Below, piece by piece: positions 9,444 through 17,576 of a DNA stretch of 64,000 nt. A program made the translations under genes and the position numbers. Source of the stretch: an uncultured Actinomycetota bacterium (GTDB lineage: Bacteria; Actinomycetota; UBA4738; HRBIN12); the NCBI GenBank assembly GCA_963746335.1, contig CAVVAK010000009.1, forward strand, positions 244,157-308,156, in the 5' to 3' direction. Positions within the stretch are counted from its first letter, which is position 1. Each line of letters starts with the position of its first letter. Below the pieces are notes generated by a model that did not search any database, was not told the DNA's origin, and was given only the letters and a program-made list of their open reading frames with translations.

Positions 9444-10424
9444 ATGGCGGAGCGCCGCGTCGCGGGGGCACCGCCGCTCGAGTTCGACCTGCCGGTCCAC
9501 GGCGGGTTCGCGCCGATCGGGATCGGCGAGACGTTCCCGGAGGAGACGACCGAGTCCGACGAGCTGGAGATCGCGGGCGAACCGGGGCAGGATCCAGCCG
9601 TCGCGTTCCGTCGCACGCTGGGCATGTTCGCGACGGGCGTCACCGTGATCACCACGCAGGCGGGGGACCAGGTGCACGGGATGACCGCCAACGCGTTCAT
9701 GTCCGTGTCGCTCCGCCCCCCGCTCGTCGTGATCTCGGTCGACCGGCGCGCCAAGATGCATGCCCTCCTGCACGAGGGCCGGCGGTACGGGATCAGCGTG
9801 CTCGCGGACGAGCAGCGGGCGCTCTCCGACCGCTTCGCCGGCCGCACCGGCGAGGGAACGGAGGAGGTCGAGTTCGACATCGTTCACGAGACACCGCTCT
9901 TGCGGGGGGCGCTCGCCCATCTGGTGTCCAGGGTGGTGCGCTCCAACTGGGGAGGCGACCACTCGCTGTTCGTGGGGCAGGTCGAGTACGCACGCTACGG
10001 GGAAGGGCAGCCGCTCCTGTTCCACGGCGGTCGGTACGAGCATCTGGTGGAGCGCGTCCCCGTGTTCTCCTCGCTGCCGCCCGAGATCCTCGACGCGATC
10101 ACATCCCAGGGTGACGAGCGCACCTTCGAGGCCGGGGAGTTCGTCGTTCGGGATGGTGATCCCGGCGATGAGCTCTTCGTGATCCTGGACGGGGAGGCCC
10201 GCGTCGAACGGAAGGGGAGCGCGCTCGCGACGTTCGGCACGGGCGACTTCTTCGGGGAGATCGCCGTGTTCGACGGCCGCCCCCGGAGCGCCGACGTCGT
10301 GGCCGCGACACGCCTGCGGACGCTGTCGATCTCGCGCGACCTGATCCGCGAGGCGCTCATGCGCGAGCCTCGGGCGGCCTGGGCGATGCTCGAGGTTCTG
10401 GCCGCTCGCTTCCGCGACGACTGA
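9444..10424 (+). CDS. fusion protein: flavin reductase-like domain plus C-terminal cyclic-nucleotide-binding domain
   Basis: The N-terminal half (FRRTLGMFATGVTVITT, GMTANAFMSVSLRPPLVVISV, HSLFVGQV) is the flavin reductase fold. The C-terminal half (FEAGEFVVRDGDPGDELFVILDGEARV, FFGEIAVFDGRPRSADVVA) is a cNMP-binding cassette. It starts 3 nt after the previous stop. Confidence 0.85.
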   Translation: MAERRVAGAPPLEFDLPVHGGFAPIGIGETFPEETTESDELEIAGEPGQDPAVAFRRTLGMFATGVTVITTQAGDQVHGMTANAFMSVSLRPPLVVISVDRRAKMHALLHEGRRYGISVLADEQRALSDRFAGRTGEGTEEVEFDIVHETPLLRGALAHLVSRVVRSNWGGDHSLFVGQVEYARYGEGQPLLFHGGRYEHLVERVPVFSSLPPEILDAITSQGDERTFEAGEFVVRDGDPGDELFVILDGEARVERKGSALATFGTGDFFGEIAVFDGRPRSADVVAATRLRTLSISRDLIREALMREPRAAWAMLEVLAARFRDD

Positions 10425-10425
10425 G

Positions 10426-11295
10426 TCAGTCGATCTCCGGCAGCTCGTCGAGCCAGGCCGTCCGGTAGCCGGTCTCGTCCCACATCACGGGGAAGAACGA
10501 CTCGTCCATCGAGACGTCGCCACGGCGCCGGTACCGCGAGTAGATGAGATCGACGTTGCGGTGGTGGAAACGTGCGTGGGACGGAAGCATGTGGGACACC
10601 AGCGCCATGCGAGCCACCGTGCCGCTCCTGTTCGGCTCGGAACCGTGCCACGTCAGGTTGTGGTGGAAGGCGCCGCCGCCGGGCTTCACGACGACCGGCA
10701 CGACCTCCATCTCGGCGTCGACCGGTTTCGCCGCCCTGACGCCCTCGAGCCAGTCCTCGGGCGCGTGGAACTGCGAGCGCTCCGGGGGTGTCCACGGCCA
10801 GTGGTTGGAGCCGCGAACGTAGGCGATCGGGCCGGCGTCGGCCTGCGTCTCATGGAGCGACATCCAGCAGGTGACCATCTCCGGCGGCACGAGGTAGTCG
10901 GCGTACGAGCCGTCCTGGTGGAAGCCGATCGCCTTCGTCCCCGGGGGCTTCCACAGGACGTTGTCCTGGAGGATCCGCACGCCTGGGTAGCTCATCAGCT
11001 GTGCGGCGAGCCGTCCGATCCTCGCGGACAGGACCTGCGCCGCGATCACGGTGTCCGCGCGCCACGCGTTGCAGAGCTGCCGGGTGCGGTCCTCGGGATC
11101 CCGGCCCTTGACCCAATTGACCTCGTCCGGCTTGATCCCCGTCTCGTACTCGCCGTCGAAGAGGCGGAGGTAGCGCTCCTCCAGCAGCTCCCGTGCCTTG
11201 TCGGAGATCAGGCCCTCCTCCACGACGAGGAACCCGTCCCGTTGGAAGGTCTCCACCTGCTCGGGTGTGAAGGATTCGACGAGGCGGCCCATCAC
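10426..11295 (-). CDS. phytanoyl-CoA dioxygenase (PhyH) family Fe(II)/2-oxoglutarate dioxygenase
   Basis: 289 aa with F..DGFLVV at the N-terminus, the FHQDGSY His-x-Asp motif and a distal HxxW/HGS region. The start (GTG 11295 or ATG 11292) overlaps the stop of the upstream gene. Confidence 0.8.
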   Translation of the reverse strand: MMGRLVESFTPEQVETFQRDGFLVVEEGLISDKARELLEERYLRLFDGEYETGIKPDEVNWVKGRDPEDRTRQLCNAWRADTVIAAQVLSARIGRLAAQLMSYPGVRILQDNVLWKPPGTKAIGFHQDGSYADYLVPPEMVTCWMSLHETQADAGPIAYVRGSNHWPWTPPERSQFHAPEDWLEGVRAAKPVDAEMEVVPVVVKPGGGAFHHNLTWHGSEPNRSGTVARMALVSHMLPSHARFHHRNVDLIYSRYRRRGDVSMDESFFPVMWDETGYRTAWLDELPEID

Positions 11296-13640
11296 GACGA
11301 GCGGGGCCGCGTCTTGTCCGGGTCGTAGAAGGGGAAGCGGACGACCTGTGCGCCGATGCGCTTCTGGTGCCCGTCGAGCTTGCCGACCTCCAGGGCGGTG
11401 CCCGAGTCGCGGTGCTGCACCGCGACACGGGCGAGTGCGATGTTCTTCTTCAGAGTCGGGGAGCGGGTGCCGCTCGTCACGACCCCCACCTGCTGCCGGT
11501 CGGCGTACACGCCGTCGCCGTGTCCGGCCGTCTCGTTGCCCTCGAGCTCGAGCCCGACCAAGGTCCTTTGCGGGTGGTCCCGGCGCTCGAGCAGGGCCTC
11601 ACGCCCGACGTAGTCCTCGTCCTTGTCCCTGGGCACCGTGAAGCCGATCCCGGCCTCGAACGGGTCGACCTGATCGTCGAACTCGGAGCCCGCGAAGATC
11701 AGGCCGGCCTCGATGCGCAGGATGTCCAGCGCATCCAGGCCGACGGGCGCGAGGCCGTGTTCCTCGCCGGCCTCCCACACCGCGTCCCACACCACAGGAG
11801 CGTCCTTCGGATGGCAGAAGATCTCGTAGCCGAGCTCGCCCGTGTAGCCCGTTCGGGAGATCACGGCGGGCACGCCCGTCGGCCCGCCGATCCGCCCCAC
11901 CGAGAATCGGAACCATCCAAGCCCTTCGAAGGGCGTCTGGGCCGGCGGGACCCATACGACCTCCTTCAACAGGTCGCGGCTCGCCGGACCCTGAACGGCC
12001 ACGTTGTGGAGGTGGTCGGTCGACTCCTTCACGAACGCGTTCAAGCCCAGGCGCGCGGCCTGCTCCCGGAGCCAGACGCCGTCGTACTCGCTGCCGCCCA
12101 CGAACCGGAAGTTCGTGTCCGCGATCCGGAAGATCGTGGCGTCGTCGATCATCCCGCCGGCCTCGTTGCACATCGCCGTGTAGACGACGTGCCCGTCGGC
12201 CAGGCGCCGGACGTCGCGGGTGACGGTCGCCTGCATCAGCGCCTCCGCGTCGGGACCGAGCACTTCGAACTTCCGGAGCGGCGAGAGGTCCATGATCGCC
12301 GCGCGCTCGCGGCAGGCCCAGTACTCGTCGGTGGCGCCGTGGTTGTCGAAACTCGTCGGCAGCCAATAGCCGTTGTACTCCGTCATCCGGCTCGTCAGCT
12401 GCGAGATCCGCGGGTGGAAGCCGGTCTCCGTCGTGAGGGACGGCTCCGCGTCGGGCGTGACGCGGTGCGCGATCGCCGCCGAGAAGGTGTGCTCGGGGGG
12501 ATACACACGCACGTGCACCTCGGTCGGATCCCAGCCGTTCGCGGGGTCGACGTCGTCGGGACAGGCGCTGGAGGCGCACACCAGGTCGGTCGCCGCTCGC
12601 AGCAGCACGTAGTCCCCGGGGCGGGACCAGGGCTCGTCGAACACGAGCAGGTTGTCCGTCGCGAACATCGTGTTGTAGAAGAAGTTCAGCGCCTGCCAGC
12701 CCTTCCTCGGCGCGATCGCGTAGGTCTCGAGCTGCCGGTTGAAGTTGTCGGTGCAGTTCGTGTGGCCGAAGTACCCGAGGTTCTCGTAGTACCGAGAGGT
12801 GCACGCGAGCAGGAACGAGTCGTGCCGCCCGACCGTGTCCCGGATCACTTCGACCAGCACGTCCATGTCGAGATCGAAGAACTTCGAGTACAGGCCAGGT
12901 TGGGGGAACGCATTCCCCATCAAGGTGCGGGTGATCGTGGGATCGAAGCCACGCTCGACGCCGTCCTCGAGCTTCCGGCGATGGAACGCCAGGAAGTCCG
13001 AGCACTGCTTGCCCTCGACGTCGATGATCTGGATGTACTCCCCGGCCTTGACCTCGTAGGACAGGGCGGTCGCGCGATCGACCCGGAAGTCGAGGCGCGG
13101 CTCGGCGAGCGGGGGAGGGAGCTCGAGCTCGTCGTGGGTCCGAGGGCGCGTCCGACGAACCTCCACGTCGAGGTCCGACGCAGGGACACCGCCCTCCAGC
13201 AGGGACGCGCCCTCGGGCGCCGCGATCACGACGACGACCGGCCGTTCCGCGGTGAACGTGTGGGAGGTCCCCGGCGGCGACCACTCGCCGAACAGCCGGA
13301 CGGCCATCGCCGCCGAGGGGTCCAGGCCACGACCGGCCAGGGACGCCACCACGTCCCTCGCGCCGACCGCGTCGGATCCGATCAGCGAGCGCAGCACCGA
13401 TGCGGGGGCGTCGGCCCGACCGCCCAGCGCATCGGCGTCATCGGAGCCGTCCGGCGCGAGGGCCGTGACCTCCGCCACCTGACCGCCGTCCGGATCGTGC
13501 ACCGTGAGCTGGTCGTCGCCTTCGAGGGTTATCACGGTGGCACCACCGGGTCGGACCCAGTACCGCTCGAGGAACGGGTCCGAGGCGATCAGTCCGGGGA
13601 CGGTGAGGCCTCGGCGTCCGGTCGAGATCGCCATCCGCAT
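11292..13640 (-). CDS. tdm: DUF1989 + GcvT (THF-binding aminomethyltransferase) fusion, the architecture of trimethylamine-N-oxide demethylase
   Basis: 782 aa. The N-terminal part is a Cys-rich DUF1989-type block (VEGKQCSDFLAF, LLACTSRYYENLGYFGHTNCTDNF, LVCASSACPDD). The C-terminal 400 aa is GcvT-like (AIMDLSPLRKFEV, TGYTGELGYEIF, PVGLDALDILRIEAG). The start overlaps the upstream stop (TGATG). Confidence 0.65.
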   Translation of the reverse strand: MRMAISTGRRGLTVPGLIASDPFLERYWVRPGGATVITLEGDDQLTVHDPDGGQVAEVTALAPDGSDDADALGGRADAPASVLRSLIGSDAVGARDVVASLAGRGLDPSAAMAVRLFGEWSPPGTSHTFTAERPVVVVIAAPEGASLLEGGVPASDLDVEVRRTRPRTHDELELPPPLAEPRLDFRVDRATALSYEVKAGEYIQIIDVEGKQCSDFLAFHRRKLEDGVERGFDPTITRTLMGNAFPQPGLYSKFFDLDMDVLVEVIRDTVGRHDSFLLACTSRYYENLGYFGHTNCTDNFNRQLETYAIAPRKGWQALNFFYNTMFATDNLLVFDEPWSRPGDYVLLRAATDLVCASSACPDDVDPANGWDPTEVHVRVYPPEHTFSAAIAHRVTPDAEPSLTTETGFHPRISQLTSRMTEYNGYWLPTSFDNHGATDEYWACRERAAIMDLSPLRKFEVLGPDAEALMQATVTRDVRRLADGHVVYTAMCNEAGGMIDDATIFRIADTNFRFVGGSEYDGVWLREQAARLGLNAFVKESTDHLHNVAVQGPASRDLLKEVVWVPPAQTPFEGLGWFRFSVGRIGGPTGVPAVISRTGYTGELGYEIFCHPKDAPVVWDAVWEAGEEHGLAPVGLDALDILRIEAGLIFAGSEFDDQVDPFEAGIGFTVPRDKDEDYVGREALLERRDHPQRTLVGLELEGNETAGHGDGVYADRQQVGVVTSGTRSPTLKKNIALARVAVQHRDSGTALEVGKLDGHQKRIGAQVVRFPFYDPDKTRPRSS

Positions 13641-15043
13641 CAGCCTTTGGCCGCGGGCTCCTTGGACACCTGCTCGTCCGCCTCCTTGAAGAGCTGCTCG
13701 GCGAGCTCGCGCTTGCCCGCCGCGTCGAGCTTCTTGACCTCGTTCTCCACGGCCCGTCGGTTGTAGGACTGGTTCCAGTAGTCGAGCGACTCGAAGCCGA
13801 GGAGCACGGCTTTCCCGACGAATTGCCGCAGCACCTCGTTGGTCGGTCCCATCACCCAGCCGGCCTTGGCGTCACGCAGGTAGCGCTCGAGCTCCATGTC
13901 GCGCTTGTAGCCGGAACCGCCGCACGCGTGGAGCATCTTGTCGACGACGTGCGCGGTGTTCTTCGCAGCCACGAACTTGATCTGCCACGCCCAGTGGAGG
14001 AAGGTGCCGCGCGCGAGCTCGCCGGGGCCTGGGTTCACCGTGTTGTGCTCGGTCGCGCCGTCCATCGCCTGGGCGACGGAGAGCGTGAACAGCCGCGAGG
14101 CGTTGGTGTCCATGACGGCCTCGCCGACGTAATCCTGGATCGTGGGGTAGTCGGCGACCCGCAGCCCGACGTCCACGTGCTTCTTGCGGGTGGTGTGCCG
14201 CTTGGCGATGTCGATCGCCCCGAGGGCGAGCCCGTTCCACACCGACGAGGAGCCGACCAGGAACCAGGGATCGACGGATTCGTCGTTGGAGTTGGCGCCG
14301 TCGCCCGTCGGGCCGACGAGCTGCTCGGCGGGGATCTCGATGTTGTCGATCTCGATCGGCCCCGACTGGTTCCCTCGCAGCCCGAGCGCGTCCCACAGCG
14401 ACGGGTGCGCCTGGATGTGCTCGCCGTCCACGACGAACACGGAGAGATCGTCGTACCCGGTGAAATCGGGACTCGTCGTCTGTACGACGTAGAAGTCGGC
14501 GAACCCACCCGACGTCGTCCATGAGGCCTTCTTCCGGACCTTGAATCCGCCGTTGGAGCGCTCCGCGCCCGACGAGATCGGGTACCAGAAGTGGGAGCCC
14601 GTCTCGGGGTCGGAATAGGAGAGGGTGCCGATCTTGCCGGAGTTCAGCGGTCGGATGTACTTGTCGACGAGCTCGGGGGTGGCGCGAAGCATGATCGCGT
14701 TCACGGCGCCGATGTGCATCACGTAGCACATCGCGGTGGAGGCGCAGCCGTAGCGTGCGATCGTCTCGCAGACCATCGAGTAGGCGACGTGGTCCTCGCC
14801 GAGGCCACCGTACTCCTCCGGCACGGTCAACCCAAGGAACCCGTGCTCGCCGAGGAGCTCCAGGTTGCGGCGAGGGAACATGAGCTCGTCGTCGAAACGC
14901 TTGGCGTTCGCGCGGAGCTCCTTCTCGCAGAGCTCGATCAGCGTGGCGCGGAGCTCCTTCTGCTTGTCGGTGTAGACCCAGTCCGGATCCCAGTCGTAGC
15001 CGAGTCCCCAGAAGGGCTCGGCACCCCACATCTTCTCGGTCAT
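13640..15043 (-). CDS. acyl-CoA dehydrogenase-fold flavoprotein with a non-canonical active site; possible flavin-dependent monooxygenase/oxidase
   Basis: ATG at 15043 with a GGAGG RBS (track ORF extended to 15124). It has the ACAD fold throughout. The usual IYEGT catalytic-Glu block reads VMGPT, and there is a C-terminal extension of about 60 aa. Confidence 0.75.
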   Translation of the reverse strand: MTEKMWGAEPFWGLGYDWDPDWVYTDKQKELRATLIELCEKELRANAKRFDDELMFPRRNLELLGEHGFLGLTVPEEYGGLGEDHVAYSMVCETIARYGCASTAMCYVMHIGAVNAIMLRATPELVDKYIRPLNSGKIGTLSYSDPETGSHFWYPISSGAERSNGGFKVRKKASWTTSGGFADFYVVQTTSPDFTGYDDLSVFVVDGEHIQAHPSLWDALGLRGNQSGPIEIDNIEIPAEQLVGPTGDGANSNDESVDPWFLVGSSSVWNGLALGAIDIAKRHTTRKKHVDVGLRVADYPTIQDYVGEAVMDTNASRLFTLSVAQAMDGATEHNTVNPGPGELARGTFLHWAWQIKFVAAKNTAHVVDKMLHACGGSGYKRDMELERYLRDAKAGWVMGPTNEVLRQFVGKAVLLGFESLDYWNQSYNRRAVENEVKKLDAAGKRELAEQLFKEADEQVSKEPAAKG

Positions 15044-15138
15044 CTCGCCTCCATCGGGCCGCGGTCCTGGGCGGGTTTCGGCGCCCATGCTAGGCGGGCT
15101 CCGCGAGCCGGGCAACGCGGTCACTCGTGGCCCGGAAC

Positions 15139-15168
15139 GGCAACGGGGCGGCGAACCGCCCCGTTGCC
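15139..15168 (-). terminator. GC-rich hairpin, probable intrinsic terminator after the permease gene
   Basis: GGCAACGGGGCGG-CGAA-CCGCCCCGTTGCC forms a perfect 13-bp stem with a 4-nt loop, 22 nt downstream of the permease stop. There is no clear U-tract on the minus strand. Confidence 0.55.
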
Positions 15169-15190
15169 TCTCCCTCTGTTTCCTGTCGAT

Positions 15191-16717
15191 CTACGAGGAC
15201 CTGTCCGGCATGACCTCCTCGCGCAGCAGCCTCATCTGGTCCTCGCTCGGCACGCTCGGGACGTCCAGGTCTCGGAAGGTGATGGGCTTCCTGTCCTGAA
15301 CGGCGCGTCGATAGAAGAACAGGAGTACCGACGCCACGAGCACCCCGAGTCCGATCCACAGCGGCGCCCCCGCGAACTCGTAGAACCCCACGAAGGCAGC
15401 GACGTCGCTCTGCGTCACACCGAAGATCACGAGGAAGAGGTTGAAGGCTGCCAGCAGCCAGGCGAGACCGATCCAGGCGGGGCCGACCTTGATCGGCCTC
15501 GGCCAGTCCGGACGGTCTCGACGGAGCAGGAGGAACCCGGTGAGGGCGAAGACATGTGCGAGCACGTATCCGATGTTCGACATGTAGAGGATCGCCAGGT
15601 TGCTCGCCCCGAGGAGCAGGATGAGGGCCACGTTCACGACCATGTCGACGGTCATCCCACGCGCGGGGACGTGGAACTTGTTCAGGTGGTAGAGCCACTT
15701 GATCGTCATGTCGTCGCGGGCGATCCCGTAGAGCGCACGGCCGCCGTCGGCCGTGGCAGAGTTCATCGAAAGGACCAGGCTCGCGAGCAGGGAGATGATG
15801 GCGACCCCGCCGATCGTGTCGCCCACGATCGACTTGAACGCCTCGACGTAGTACGGCCCGAAGTCACCGGTGCTTCCCACCACGCCTCCCAGTCCGAGAG
15901 GGAGCAGGATGTACACGGCAAGCGAGAACGCGGCGGCGGATCGGAGGGCAAGCGCGGTGTCTCGTTTCGTGTCGTGGTACTCGGGAGCGAAGCTGGCACA
16001 GACCTCGATCCCGTATGCGGACCAGCACATGATGAACAGCCACATCACCGAGATCGAGAAGAGGCTGAACTCGCCTCCCGAAGCGACGTCCTCGAACTTC
16101 ACGTTCGAGCTCGACCAGTCGCCCGTGAAGTAGGGGACCACGATGAAGATCGCGAGCGGGATCATCAGCAAGACGCCGGTCACGTACCCGACGGCGAGCG
16201 AGGGCTTGACGCCGAACACGTTGAAGAGCCAGACGGCGATCACGACACCGATGCCGATGATGTTCGCCGGCCCGATGGCCGCGTCGAAGGGGGTGGTGAA
16301 GAAGACGGTCTCAGCCGAACCGGGGAACCATTCGGCGACGACGAGTGAACCGATGAGGTTGCCGAAGATCGAGAGGACCACGGACCATCCGATCCAGTAG
16401 CCGAAGGCGGAGATCGGGCCGGCGAGGTTGAAGTACTTGCGCCAGCCCTCGTGCGCGTAGAGCGCGATCCCGCCGGGCTTGTCCGGGAACATCGCCGCGG
16501 TCTCCGAGTAGATCCAGTTCTGGAGGAGACCGACCACTGCTGAGATGCCCCAGAGAACCACCGAGCCGAGGGCCCCGACGGTGGCCAGGGTGAAGCCGAG
16601 TGATGCGATCAAGAACCCCGGGTTGCACAGGGCGATGACGAAACCGTCCCACCAATTGAGCGACTTCAGGAGTTGACGCTCCTCGATGGTCGCCTGCGCC
16701 GTGACCTCGTCAGCCAC
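15191..16717 (-). CDS. APC-superfamily permease; candidate TMAO/methylated-amine importer
   Basis: Polytopic protein with about 12 TM segments and APC-type blocks. GTG at 16717 is preceded by GAGGGAGGGG; the track start at 16807 is less likely. It sits directly upstream of the ACAD-like/tdm-like operon. Confidence 0.8.
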   Translation of the reverse strand: MADEVTAQATIEERQLLKSLNWWDGFVIALCNPGFLIASLGFTLATVGALGSVVLWGISAVVGLLQNWIYSETAAMFPDKPGGIALYAHEGWRKYFNLAGPISAFGYWIGWSVVLSIFGNLIGSLVVAEWFPGSAETVFFTTPFDAAIGPANIIGIGVVIAVWLFNVFGVKPSLAVGYVTGVLLMIPLAIFIVVPYFTGDWSSSNVKFEDVASGGEFSLFSISVMWLFIMCWSAYGIEVCASFAPEYHDTKRDTALALRSAAAFSLAVYILLPLGLGGVVGSTGDFGPYYVEAFKSIVGDTIGGVAIISLLASLVLSMNSATADGGRALYGIARDDMTIKWLYHLNKFHVPARGMTVDMVVNVALILLLGASNLAILYMSNIGYVLAHVFALTGFLLLRRDRPDWPRPIKVGPAWIGLAWLLAAFNLFLVIFGVTQSDVAAFVGFYEFAGAPLWIGLGVLVASVLLFFYRRAVQDRKPITFRDLDVPSVPSEDQMRLLREEVMPDRSS

Positions 16718-16864
16718 TTGCCCCTCCCTCTCTTGACTCTTGGCCTGGCTCTGGGCCCTCTCGGGGCCCCCGAAGGCCTTCCGCACTCGCTGGCGGCGGT
16801 ATAGCACGGTGGTCCGGCGCGTTCAATCCGAGGAGGTTGCGTCCGACGGCATGCGAAGGCCCCC

Positions 16865-17233
16865 GTGTACCATCGCGACGTGAAGGGTCCCCCGATCACG
16901 GTGACATGCGACTGCGGGGTGATGCAGCACATCCCCTACGGCGAGGCGTGGACGTGTCCGTCGTGCGGCCGGCGCTGGGATACCGCCCAGATCCCGGCGG
17001 AGGAATACGAGGGCGTGATGCGGGACATGCGCCGCTATCGGGTTCAGGCGATGGTGCTGGGAAGCTCGATCGGTCTGGGGGTGGTGGCGCTTGCGGTTCT
17101 CACCGATCGTCCGCTCTTCCCTCTCGCCCTGATCGCGATGGCGGGGTGGTGGCTGGTCTACATGCCCCAGTGGCGTCGGAAGGTCCGGGCTCGGGCACGC
17201 AACCTCCCGACCTGGAACCTCCGGGCGAGCTGA
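16865..17233 (+). CDS. hypothetical zinc-ribbon membrane protein
   Basis: 122 aa. CDC...CPSC Cys pairs are followed by two hydrophobic helices. Codon usage is coding-like. It lies upstream of the delta subunit gene on the same strand. Confidence 0.55.
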   Translation: MYHRDVKGPPITVTCDCGVMQHIPYGEAWTCPSCGRRWDTAQIPAEEYEGVMRDMRRYRVQAMVLGSSIGLGVVALAVLTDRPLFPLALIAMAGWWLVYMPQWRRKVRARARNLPTWNLRAS

Positions 17234-17303
17234 GGTCTCGTTCGATAGTGTCACGCCCGTTCCGGGCGGCTCGGGTGGCCCCGGAGATCGAAGGAGCGGC
17301 GGG

Positions 17304-17576
17304 GTGACCTTCCTGATCACGTGTCCCAACTGCGGGCCGCGAGAGGCCCTGGAGTTCGCCTTCGGCGGCGAGACGACGAGGCGCGCCGGACCGGCAGCGA
17401 CCGACCGTGAACTTGCCGCCTCCCTGTACTTCCGTCGCAACGTGGACGGATGGCAGATCGAATGGTGGGTGCACCAGAGCGGATGCCGCGCCTGGTTCCT
17501 CGCCGAGCGTCACACGACCACGAACGAGATCAGGCGCACCTATCGACCCGAGGATCGAGAGGCCGCGCCCGCGTGA
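17304..17576 (+). CDS. soxD: sarcosine oxidase delta-subunit family protein (N-methylglutamate dehydrogenase small subunit)
   Basis: 90 aa with a GTG start after a GAAGGAG RBS. CPNCGPR...EF and WWVHQSGCRAWF are typical SoxD blocks. The stop overlaps the next start (GTGA). Confidence 0.85.
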   Translation: MTFLITCPNCGPREALEFAFGGETTRRAGPAATDRELAASLYFRRNVDGWQIEWWVHQSGCRAWFLAERHTTTNEIRRTYRPEDREAAPA

